From: an uncultured virus (IMG/VR IMGVR_UViG_3300042922_001471)
Lineage: Duplodnaviria; Heunggongvirae; Uroviricota; Caudoviricetes
DNA length: 20,000 bases
Virus record (IMG/VR): IMGVR_UViG_3300042922_001471
Reading direction: 5' to 3' (one strand)
The stretch's first letter is position 1. The number at the start of each line of letters is the position of its first letter. Both the position numbers and the translations under genes were made by a program. Of this stretch, positions 1 to 8,150 are shown one piece after another. Below the pieces are notes generated by a model. It was not told the origin of the DNA and searched no databases. It saw only the letters and a list, made by a program, of their open reading frames with translations.

Positions 1-1554
1 ATTTCCTGCTAAATCTGTTGTTTTAGAATTTATTATATAATTACCATTTTCTAAAGTAACAACAGAATTATAAGGTATCCAATTACCATTATTAATTTGA
101 TATAATGTTTCTTTTATTCCAGATTCATTATCAGTTCCAGGAAGAATTACTAAATTATTTTCTTCTACTGATAAAACTGGGATTGTTGGAACAATCTTAT
201 CAATATTGGTTATTGTAACTGTTTCAGTTGTCATATTCTCATAATTATCTATAGCTATGAAATTAAAAGTTCCGTTTTCTGTAAAAGTGTGACTTGTCGC
301 ATTTAATGTTCCCTTATTTGTAAAAGCGGTCACAGTTATATCTTGATTTGTAGGAATTGTAATATACTCATTTATTGTAACAACTGGTGGTCTATTAGGT
401 TCAATTGCTACAACTGGAAATACTTGTGAAATTGTATTGCCAATACCTAATTGACCAGAACTGTTATTTCCCCAAGCATTTAACGTGCCATCTTCCATTA
501 ATGCTAATGTATAAGAATGTCCTAATGCTATTTGTTTTATATTAGTTAAGTTTGGTACGGATACTGGAGCTTTTTGGTTAGGTGAAACCCCTATTCCTAA
601 TTCTCCATCAGCATTACGCCCCCAAGCCTGTATTGTTTTATCTTCCATTAATGCAATAGTATGATAATATCCTGCTGAAACCTGTTCAACATTATAAATA
701 TTTGGTATTGTTATTGGAGATGTTTGGATTGCTGAAGTACTAACTCCTAATTGCCCATATCCATTACTTCCCCAAACATTTATTGTACCATCTTCCATTA
801 ATGCTACTGAATGAGCATATTTAGATGCTATTTGTTTTACATTGTTTAGATTTGGAACAATTACTGGTGATTTTTTTGATGTTCTATTTCCTATTCCTAA
901 TTGTCCATGTTCATTTACCCCCCATGCCATTACTGTTCCATCTTTCATCAATGCTAATGTATGATAACTCCCCATTGCAATTTGTTTTACATTATTAAGA
1001 TTTGATATAGTTACTGGGGATACTTTATCCGTTACAGTACCTATGCCCAATTGACCATCCTCATTCCAACCCCAAGCTTTTACTGTCCCATCTTCCATTA
1101 TTGCAAATGAATGAGAACCAGAACAAGCTATTTCTTTCACATTTGCAAGTCCTTGAATTATTACTGGTGAACTTTTATTAATTTTATTACCTATCCCTAA
1201 TTGTCCATGGGCATTATACCCCCAAGCCATTACTGTTCCATCTTCAAGCAAAGCTAACGAATGAGAAGCCCCAGCTTCAATTTGTTTTACATTATTAAGT
1301 TCTGGTATTATTATTGGTAATTCCTGGTCTATCGTATTTCCAATACCTAATTGTCCATAATTATTTTGTCCCCATGCCATTACTGTTCCGTCTTCCATTA
1401 ATACCATTGAGTATGAATTACCAGCTACCACTTGTTTTATATTCACCCATGATGCATAACTTTGGATTGGCATTTCCAGTCCATAACTTGATGATACTAA
1501 TATCGCTAAAAGCAATATAAATATCATAAGTTGCTTAATTCTTTCTCTCTTCAT
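1..1554 (-). CDS. Secreted RCC1/BLIP-II-like seven-bladed beta-propeller protein with C-terminal Ig-like stalk domains (3' end lies beyond the window edge)
   Basis: Translated manually (absent from the ORF track). AAAGGAG RBS, ATG at 1554, open for 518 codons to the window edge. Signal-peptide-like N-terminus MKRERIKQLMIFILLLAILVSSSYG, then seven ~50-aa repeats of the form 'VKQI.AG..H.LALMEDGTV.AWG.N..GQLG.G', then 'PTNQDITVT...FTENGTFNF.A.D', 'NIDKIVP' and 'TDLAGN' beta-sandwich motifs. Confidence 0.92.
   Translation of the reverse strand, partial: MKRERIKQLMIFILLLAILVSSSYGLEMPIQSYASWVNIKQVVAGNSYSMVLMEDGTVMAWGQNNYGQLGIGNTIDQELPIIIPELNNVKQIEAGASHSLALLEDGTVMAWGYNAHGQLGIGNKINKSSPVIIQGLANVKEIACSGSHSFAIMEDGTVKAWGWNEDGQLGIGTVTDKVSPVTISNLNNVKQIAMGSYHTLALMKDGTVMAWGVNEHGQLGIGNRTSKKSPVIVPNLNNVKQIASKYAHSVALMEDGTINVWGSNGYGQLGVSTSAIQTSPITIPNIYNVEQVSAGYYHTIALMEDKTIQAWGRNADGELGIGVSPNQKAPVSVPNLTNIKQIALGHSYTLALMEDGTLNAWGNNSSGQLGIGNTISQVFPVVAIEPNRPPVVTINEYITIPTNQDITVTAFTNKGTLNATSHTFTENGTFNFIAIDNYENMTTETVTITNIDKIVPTIPVLSVEENNLVILPGTDNESGIKETLYQINNGNWIPYNSVVTLENGNYIINSKTTDLAGN
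420..1445 (-). repeat. Seven degenerate ~150-bp coding repeats (RCC1 blades)
   Basis: The WG codons (plus strand CCCCA) recur at about 470, 620, 770, 920, 1070, 1220 and 1370. Confidence 0.9.
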
Positions 1555-1842
1555 ATGTTTCTCCTTTTTATAATTTATTTTATTTTCAAACTAAGCCATT
1601 ATATGCAATAGTACATCTAAAAATTCAATAATAAAACAATCTATATATAGTGGTTTAATCGGAGAATGGTTACTTTCCCTTAATAATAAGGTACTCATTG
1701 CCTATTTGGAACAGATGTTTTATAATATGAATGTAAACTTATGAAATCCAAAGTAATTGATGATTATATACTTTTGAAAAGACAAATTGCAAAAACAGAT
1801 TGATTCTTTACTACATTATTTAATAAATAATACGGTAATTAG

Positions 1843-1868
1843 TTAGAACAATTAGAACAATTAGAACA
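1843..1868 (+). repeat. Tandem repeat, 3 x 9 bp, (A)TTAGAACA
   Basis: ttagaaca-attagaaca-attagaaca in the divergent intergenic region between the RCC1 gene and ORF 1922. Confidence 0.85.
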
Positions 1869-1921
1869 GGTATAAAAACCATATTGTAGGATGAAACAAA
1901 TAAGAAAGTGGAGGATACAAA

Positions 1922-2131
1922 ATGGAAAAGCAAAATTGTAAAATTTGTACTTATTTTGAAGAAGATTCATCTGTTGGATTTTATGATTGTGCATGTGATG
2001 CCGAAGATGCAACAGATGAAATTATTGATATTAATTGGGAAGAAAATGGCATAAATTGTCCATTTTACAAAATTAGTAAAAAAACACTTGAAGAAATGAA
2101 ATGTGAAGAGAAATACGGATATGAAAAATAA
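1922..2131 (+). CDS. Small Cys-rich hypothetical protein (possible metal binding)
   Basis: GGAGG RBS upstream; CKIC...CAC...CPFY motifs. Confidence 0.75.
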   Translation: MEKQNCKICTYFEEDSSVGFYDCACDAEDATDEIIDINWEENGINCPFYKISKKTLEEMKCEEKYGYEK

Positions 2132-2272
2132 ATAAAACTTAAAAAGCCTATTAATAAATTTACTTTCTACAATATCTACAAGTTAGGTTATAAGTTAACT
2201 TAAATTTAATAAAATATAAAAATAAATATTTAATAGGAAATATATTATTATTATATTAAGGAGGGTACATTG

Positions 2273-2944
2273 ATGTTATTTAAAGGTATTCAAAAAACTT
2301 CTTTTGTAGATTACCCTGGAAAAATTTCTACTGCATTCTTTACTGCTGGCTGTAATTTTAAATGTCCTTACTGCCATAATGGTCATTTAGTGAATAATCA
2401 ATCTGATTTAAACATTAGTGAAGAAGATGCCATAGTTTATTTAGAAACCAGGAAAAGAAGCATTGACGCTGTTGTAATTTCAGGAGGAGAACCTACTCTA
2501 TTCGGTATTGAACTAATAACTTTTTTAGAAAAACTAAAAGAACTTGGGTATTTAATAAAATTAGATACGAATGGAACAAACCCAGATATAATTAAAATAA
2601 TACTTGATAAAAAACTTGTGAATTATATTGCAATGGACATAAAATCACCTATTGCCAAATATGAAAAAGTAGTTAATGCAAATGTTAATCTGAGTAAGAT
2701 AATTGAAAGTATTAAATTGATTAAAAATTCTGAAATTGATTATGAATTTAGAACTACTGTTACAAAGGAGCTTCTTTTAAAAAATGATATCATAGATATC
2801 ATTGAAGAAATATCTCCTTGCAAAAAGTATTATTTACAAAACTTTAATGACGGAAATAACGTACTTGAAGGGAAAGGTGTATTCCATCCTGTTGATTTTC
2901 TTAATGAAATAAAAGAAAAATATTCATTTATAGAAATAAGGTAA
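2273..2944 (+). CDS. nrdG: Anaerobic ribonucleoside-triphosphate reductase activating protein (radical SAM, NrdG2-type)
   Basis: GIQKTSFVDYPGK...GCNFKCPYCHN (CxxxCxxC), ISGGEPT, KLDTNG, YIAMDIK and YEFRTT motifs. GGAGG lies 8 nt before ATG 2273 (TTG 2270 is an alternative start). Confidence 0.9.
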   Translation: MLFKGIQKTSFVDYPGKISTAFFTAGCNFKCPYCHNGHLVNNQSDLNISEEDAIVYLETRKRSIDAVVISGGEPTLFGIELITFLEKLKELGYLIKLDTNGTNPDIIKIILDKKLVNYIAMDIKSPIAKYEKVVNANVNLSKIIESIKLIKNSEIDYEFRTTVTKELLLKNDIIDIIEEISPCKKYYLQNFNDGNNVLEGKGVFHPVDFLNEIKEKYSFIEIR

Positions 2945-2980
2945 ACAAAAAGGAGCTTTACTAAAGCTCCTTTTTGTTTT
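2943..2980. terminator. Bidirectional intrinsic terminator
   Basis: aaacaaaaaggagcttta-c-taaagctcctttttgttt inverted repeat between convergent genes. Confidence 0.9.
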
Positions 2981-3129
2981 ATACAGATTCTATTTTATCA
3001 CCTAAATCTATGTGCTTAACCGAAAAAATTGGACAAATTCAATACCATAATTTAATCCATTTCTTATTATTTTACTGATTTATTCCAATAGCACACCTAA
3101 TTCCTCGTACCTTATAAGTAGAATTTAAC

Positions 3130-3696
3130 CTAATCCATATAATTCTCTATATTTAATTTTTCAGCTCTTGCCTTTGCTCTTTTTACTTCTTCCGTATCAA
3201 TAAAGTTAATTTTTCTTAAATCAGCAGTTAAAATATTTTTAATATTTACATTCTTAAAGTTCATGTCTCTATAAAGGATAAACTCATAGTCTTTAATTTT
3301 TACTTTAGCATCATAGTCATTCAATCCATATTTTAGACTTCCTACTCCCTCAATAGTAATTTCTTCAATATCAACATCAAACAAGTTTTGAGCAGACAAA
3401 ATTTCTATTGCAATATTATGATTATTTGTAATAACATTCATATATATCACTCCTTTATTTACTTTTTCTAAAACATTCGTTGAGTTTATTATTTCTATAT
3501 CGAATATATCATAAAAAATAAATTGACCTTCATCATTATCTCTTAAAACTACAAAAGCACACATATATCCATTATACTTTACTGTACCTTCAAATTCTCT
3601 GTTTTGATAATTATGAGATTTAAATTTTAATCTATCCCCTTCACGAATTTCATTTCCCAAGATGTCTTTTTTCCCTATTAACACATTTTTAAACAT
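3130..3696 (-). CDS. YopX-like phage protein with a C-terminal extension of unknown function
   Basis: GKKDILGNEIREGDRL...GTVKY...AF resembles the YopX GxKDxNGxEIYEGDI motif. GAGGTG RBS favours ATG 3696. Confidence 0.7.
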   Translation of the reverse strand: MFKNVLIGKKDILGNEIREGDRLKFKSHNYQNREFEGTVKYNGYMCAFVVLRDNDEGQFIFYDIFDIEIINSTNVLEKVNKGVIYMNVITNNHNIAIEILSAQNLFDVDIEEITIEGVGSLKYGLNDYDAKVKIKDYEFILYRDMNFKNVNIKNILTADLRKINFIDTEEVKRAKARAEKLNIENYMD

Positions 3697-3707
3697 ATCT
3701 TCACCTC

Positions 3708-3917
3708 TTAACAAGCTTTCTTACATAACTTTATTTTTTCAATCAATTCAGTATTGTTTTTAGCCCTAAAAATTTTATCTTTACCTGGCTTTATATATAT
3801 AAAAACACCACTATTTGCATAATTCCCACTATTTGTTTTAAGTGGAGAAATCACACCAGCTTCTGGAAATACCTCTCTAATTACTTCACAAACTTCATTA
3901 AACGATGTTCTTTTCAT
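3708..3917 (-). CDS. Hypothetical protein
   Basis: GGAGG RBS before ATG 3917 (MKRTSF); same-strand gene run. Confidence 0.7.
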   Translation of the reverse strand: MKRTSFNEVCEVIREVFPEAGVISPLKTNSGNYANSGVFIYIKPGKDKIFRAKNNTELIEKIKLCKKAC

Positions 3918-3997
3918 GACATCCTCCATAAATTAATTATTTTCTATAATACCTTTTATTTTGTGTTTCTATATTATAGAAAAAATTAGTTTTTTTA

Positions 3998-4234
3998 TTA
4001 TTGACTTTTAATGATTTTGACATTAGGAATCAAGTTCATTAATTTTTCAGTAAGTTCAATTACCCACTTAATTATAATTAATGGTAGTCCAATTAAAGTA
4101 AAAAATAATTCCTTTATCATAAATTTATAACTTTTATATGTTTTTGTAAATGCAATATTTCCAATTTTAACAATTCCATAACCATTCTCAAATAATATAT
4201 CAACAGCTTCTTTATTTTTCTTTTCTATTTTCAT
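3998..4234 (-). CDS. Hypothetical protein with one hydrophobic segment
   Basis: GAGGTG RBS; LFFTLIGLPLIIIKWVI segment. Confidence 0.7.
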   Translation of the reverse strand: MKIEKKNKEAVDILFENGYGIVKIGNIAFTKTYKSYKFMIKELFFTLIGLPLIIIKWVIELTEKLMNLIPNVKIIKSQ

Positions 4235-4243
4235 ATATACACC

Positions 4244-4492
4244 TCACTGACTTGCACTCCACTCTAATAATCTTTCTTTGTCCCATAAAGATTTTTCATA
4301 CTCATATATAGCATTATAAGAAACTCTATTATAATCTGGTATCAAAGTTCGAATTGATTCGTGACAAAATAACTTTTTATATCCAAATAGTCCTTTCTTT
4401 AAAATATAACAGTAAATTTTTTTTTTATTTTTTGTTTCTTTAATTCCAACAATATAACTTCTATCATTCTTAATAATTTCTTTAGTAACCAA
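4244..4492 (-). CDS. Hypothetical protein
   Basis: AGGAGGG RBS and TTG start; stop codon adjoins the RBS of the next gene. Confidence 0.7.
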   Translation of the reverse strand: MVTKEIIKNDRSYIVGIKETKNKKKIYCYILKKGLFGYKKLFCHESIRTLIPDYNRVSYNAIYEYEKSLWDKERLLEWSASQ

Positions 4493-4675
4493 ATTCCCTC
4501 CTATCTTTATATTGACTATATTATGCCAAATTTTAATTTTATACCCTAAATTGTTTACTATTACAGTATATAATATTTACTATCTTTTGTCAATTATGTT
4601 TTACATTATACTGCATATAATGAAGAATATTTAATTATTTAGGTGAATTTTATATTTAATTTTAGGAGGACTATC

Positions 4676-5404
4676 ATGGATAGACAACATTTAAAGGAAC
4701 AGAAATTACTTAGTAAAAGAATTGTAGAAAAGTTTTTATCAGAAAGGATAAATCAAGGAAGAAATATATCAAAGGGTTTAATAGTAACTGCTTCTTTTGT
4801 ATTTTGTTTAATTGTAGTATTTTCAGCATTTACAGGAAAGGAAGCAAAAGAAATTAATATTAAAAACTTTTATGTTGAAGAATTTAAAAATACTGAAATT
4901 CTTTCATTAAATGCTATTAAAGAGCAAGCTTTAGAATTTGAAAAGAATGAAAAAGAAGATATTTATAATGAAAATATACCAATGCCAAGAGAACACCAAG
5001 AGTATTTATATGAATTGTGCAAAGAAAGAGGGTTAGATTATAAAATCACTTTAGCAGTTTTAAAGCATGAGAGTCAATTCGATGCAAATGTTATAGCAGA
5101 TAGGGATTATGGTTATATGCAAATCAATTTAATAAACCATAAATATTTATCTGAATTGCTTGGCACAGCAAATAAACCACTTGACCCTTACATTAATATT
5201 AACTGGGGAACATATATGTTATCTGACTTATATGAATATTGGGAATCTAATGGATTAACTGGAAAAGAACTTGAAGAAAGTGTTTTAAGTAGCTATAATA
5301 AAGGTATTACAGGTTATAAAAGAGGTGGTAAAGCTATGGTATATCTTGAAAAAATTGAAAATGAAAAAACATTTATTTATCAAGCTTTTAACACTGCATA
5401 TTAA
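4676..5404 (+). CDS. Membrane-anchored lytic transglycosylase (SLT domain)
   Basis: AGGAGG RBS before ATG 4676; N-terminal TM segment; SLT motifs LAVLKHES, GYMQIN, LDPYINI.WG..ML and SSYNKG. Confidence 0.88.
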   Translation: MDRQHLKEQKLLSKRIVEKFLSERINQGRNISKGLIVTASFVFCLIVVFSAFTGKEAKEINIKNFYVEEFKNTEILSLNAIKEQALEFEKNEKEDIYNENIPMPREHQEYLYELCKERGLDYKITLAVLKHESQFDANVIADRDYGYMQINLINHKYLSELLGTANKPLDPYININWGTYMLSDLYEYWESNGLTGKELEESVLSSYNKGITGYKRGGKAMVYLEKIENEKTFIYQAFNTAY

Positions 5405-5416
5405 AATTTATTTAAC

Positions 5417-5444
5417 ATAAAACTCCTAATTATTGGAGTTTTAT
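5417..5444 (+). terminator. Intrinsic terminator
   Basis: ataaaactcc-N8-ggagttttat hairpin after the SLT stop codon. Confidence 0.75.
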
Positions 5445-5496
5445 TATTATCTACTACGAAATTATAAGTTAAACCACTTAAAAAAGGAGAAAGTAA

Positions 5497-6183
5497 ATGA
5501 GTGAAAAATTTACTATATTTGAAGTAATAGCAAAAAATAAAATATGGAGTGAGGCAAATAAAGAAAAATCTTTAAAATCTGAAGATTCCTCTGTAGAATT
5601 AGCTCTAAGAACTTCAGAAAACTTTGATAATTTCGAAGACAATATGGCATATAGAAGACTCTTCGGATTGCCAAAAAATAATAATTATCATAAGACATTT
5701 CTTGAATGTTTGTGTAATGCCATTTGTGATTTATCCAATGCTCTAAGCAAAGATATAATGCATTTTGAAGATTATTTAATAGGAACAGGGAAAACAAAAG
5801 ATGGATTAAATATTGAATTTAGACACATGTTTTCGCAATTTGGGCAAGTATTAAGATATATTGTTAATTGTACAAGTTGGAGAACAGGAAATTTTGAGCC
5901 ATTTGATGCATTTGAAATCAGCAAAAAATTATCCTATGTTATTTCATTTTGCAAAAGAGAAATTTACAAAGAAAGTATTAGCTCTTTAAAAGAAAACACC
6001 ATGCCTTCTTTCGAATTTATATCTGCAGGGAAAATCAAAATAAATGAAAAGCCATTCTTAATTAACACAAATTTGGGAGAAGGTATTAATTCAATTATTA
6101 ATAGTAATCTTACTAAAAACAGATTTTTCTACACTGTAACAGCAAATACTTATCTGTTTTTTAATTACAATCAACTTTTATGA
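5497..6183 (+). CDS. Hypothetical protein
   Basis: 228-aa ORF with AAGGAG RBS, followed directly by a terminator. Confidence 0.8.
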   Translation: MSEKFTIFEVIAKNKIWSEANKEKSLKSEDSSVELALRTSENFDNFEDNMAYRRLFGLPKNNNYHKTFLECLCNAICDLSNALSKDIMHFEDYLIGTGKTKDGLNIEFRHMFSQFGQVLRYIVNCTSWRTGNFEPFDAFEISKKLSYVISFCKREIYKESISSLKENTMPSFEFISAGKIKINEKPFLINTNLGEGINSIINSNLTKNRFFYTVTANTYLFFNYNQLL

Positions 6184-6186
6184 AAT

Positions 6187-6229
6187 AAAAAATCATCCTT
6201 TACTTTTTAAAGTGCTGGATGATTTTTTT
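6187..6229 (+). terminator. Intrinsic terminator
   Basis: aaaaaatcatcc...ggatgattttttt inverted repeat with a T-tract. Confidence 0.75.
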
Positions 6230-6572
6230 ACATAAGTTATAAGGTATTTGTAAAGTGTAAACACTTTTTACTATTTGTGGAATTTTGTTACTATTGTAGA
6301 TTCAACTGCTATTTAACGACTAACGAAATAATTGAGTTTATTATTAAAATATATTAATATATTAACTACACGAAATTTATACGATGTTACTTAAGTTTAT
6401 TACCTACATTTTTAACTATAAAACGAAAAATCGAAATTAGAATTTTTTATATCTAATTTTACATACCTTTGTCAGAATTTTTTAATTTATTATTTTTTTA
6501 TCCTAATTAATAACTTATTTTAATATATATTTAATTATAGTTTTATAATTTGATATTTATTACTTAAATCGT

Positions 6573-6607
6573 AAAAAAAAGAACAATATTTTATATACTG
6601 TTCTTTT
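6573..6607 (-). terminator. Intrinsic terminator
   Basis: aaaagaaca...tgttctttt inverted repeat with an A8 tract, just after the stop at 6615. Confidence 0.7.
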
Positions 6608-6614
6608 ACTCTTT

Positions 6615-6803
6615 TTAATACATATATTCATCACCAATTAAAGATGAATATATAGGTGTATGTCTTTTCCTTCTAACGCCAACAAGAGTTTCAGCTTCTT
6701 CTTCAGTTAAGTATAAATTGTGTTTGTCGTTATTGTTTTGTTGTTCTTCTCTTTCCAAAAAATAACTTTCCACCTCAATGCAACTTGCTAATTTCTTTGT
6801 CAT
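6615..6803 (-). CDS. Small hypothetical protein
   Basis: GGAGG RBS before ATG 6803 (MTKKLAS); followed by a terminator. Confidence 0.7.
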   Translation of the reverse strand: MTKKLASCIEVESYFLEREEQQNNNDKHNLYLTEEEAETLVGVRRKRHTPIYSSLIGDEYMY

Positions 6804-6925
6804 TTTAACATCCTCCATGCCTATGTAAAATATTATTTTTAATTCCTGATTTAAAAATATTATTATATTATATAAATCAGTTGATAATTTATAACTGAAG
6901 ACTATAGTTTATGAACTTTTTACAT

Positions 6926-6959
6926 AAAAAAAAGAAGATATAAATACCTTCCTTTTTTT
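6926..6959 (-). terminator. Intrinsic terminator
   Basis: Minus strand aaaaaaggaaggtat-tt-atatcttctttttttt hairpin with a U-tract. Confidence 0.7.
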
Positions 6960-7098
6960 ACTCATGCAGGATATCCTGTATGCATGGCAGGGAAACCCCT
7001 GCCAAGTTTTCTTGGTATCAACAAAATAATATATTAGAAAAAAATGATGTTGCAAATTGTGTCGCTAAATTTATTTTAGGTAATATACTATTTTGCAT
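6958..7098 (-). CDS. Unannotated mini-ORF: 26 aa to TGA (7018-7020), or 46 aa if TGA is read through (MQNSILPKINLATQFATSFFSNILFC*YQENLAGVSLPCIQDILHE)
   Basis: AAAGGAG RBS 8 nt before ATG 7098. The frame stays open after the TGA until TAA 6958-6960, which abuts a terminator. GC-rich hairpins follow the TGA. Confidence 0.55.
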
Positions 7099-7427
7099 TG
7101 TCTGCACTCCTTTATATTAAAATTTTTGCATTTACCTTTTGCTACCTACATATTTAATTATATACTCTGACAAAGAAAATATAACTGCAGTTTTAAGAAA
7201 ATAACTTAAATTTTAATATTTATTTTTTCATTATTAATTACATTAATTAAAATTATATTCTTTTATTTACTTTTTCTTTTAATGCTAAAATTTCAACCTT
7301 ATCACACCGATTATTTACTGGTGATTTAACAATTATAGGGTTAACTTTATAATAATTTTTATTTTTATTAACGATTTTTTCTAACTCTCTAAATGTTATT
7401 TTAATTATTTTTTGTACCCCCTTATTT

Positions 7428-7946
7428 TCATTTTTTATTTTCTTTTAATATTTTTCTATTAACTTCATTGTCAAATTTATATGAGCTTACAAGACTAATA
7501 AAATTAAAAGTTCTATCTGCTATTGATTCGATATCTCCAATATAGGTCAAAGAATAAAGATTTAAATAATCGTTAAGTGTTAAAGTATCTTTTATTCGTA
7601 GTTTATAATCCATTTCATTCCTGACATTATAATTTTGGTAATTCATAACTTTAGGAAAATCTCTCAACAATGGCTTATAATTATTATTAGTAAGATAATT
7701 TATAAAAACTTTTATATCAGATATATTCATTGTTATAAATTTTGTATTATAAGTTGTTTCAAGCCAGTGCTCAAAAGCATTTATATATTGAACAAATTTC
7801 TCTTGATTAGTAATATCCTTATTAAAATAAGATAAAATCCTTAAATCCTCATTTGTTTTTATAGCAACTAATTTTGTAACTCTTGTTACTCCTAAATGGT
7901 CTAATGTAGTTTCTATATTAAAAAATACATAGGTAATTTTTTTCAT
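7428..7946 (-). CDS. DEDD 3'-5' exonuclease-fold protein (KapD/DnaQ-like), catalytic residues degenerate
   Basis: AAGGAGGG RBS before ATG 7946. YVFFNIETT...VTKLVAIK...ILSYFN, 'INAFEHWL' and 'TLNDYLNLYSLTYIG' follow DEDD topology, but motifs I and III are altered. Confidence 0.6.
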   Translation of the reverse strand: MKKITYVFFNIETTLDHLGVTRVTKLVAIKTNEDLRILSYFNKDITNQEKFVQYINAFEHWLETTYNTKFITMNISDIKVFINYLTNNNYKPLLRDFPKVMNYQNYNVRNEMDYKLRIKDTLTLNDYLNLYSLTYIGDIESIADRTFNFISLVSSYKFDNEVNRKILKENKK

Positions 7947-8090
7947 ACATTCCCTCCTTTTTAAATTCTCTAAATTACGCTTATTTATTATATTTTGAAA
8001 AGACTTTATATATTTCTTTTTAATGCTTAATATCTTTTTACAAATCATTCACCACTTTAGAGTATTGGGTTATTCTTTTTTACTTAAGAT

Positions 8091-8139
8091 AAAAAAATAA
8101 TAGAGAGATGTTGTATAAACATCTCTCTATTATTTTTTT
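8091..8139. terminator. Strong intrinsic terminator
   Basis: aaaaaaataatagagagatgtt-gtata-aacatctctctattattttttt perfect inverted repeat. Confidence 0.9.
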
Positions 8140-8150
8140 AAATTTAATCT

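Noticed and set aside
420..1445. 150-bp periodicity as a CRISPR array or DGR
   Set aside because: The repeats are in-frame protein repeats with no repeat-spacer structure, no near-identical TR/VR pair, and no RT or cas gene in the window.
1314..1520. Plus-strand 68-aa ORF
   Set aside because: Antisense shadow of the RCC1-repeat gene.
5513..5797. Minus-strand 94-aa ORF
   Set aside because: Shadow of 5497-6183, which has an RBS and a terminator.
6958..7098. Genome-wide TGA=Trp recoding, or an AgrD autoinducer precursor
   Set aside because: TGA acts as a stop at 4244 and 6183 and conserved Trp residues use TGG. The peptide lacks the AgrD C-x4-QPxxP pattern, and no agrB is nearby.
7635..7835. 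Plus-strand 66-aa ORF
   Set aside because: Shadow of the exonuclease-like gene.
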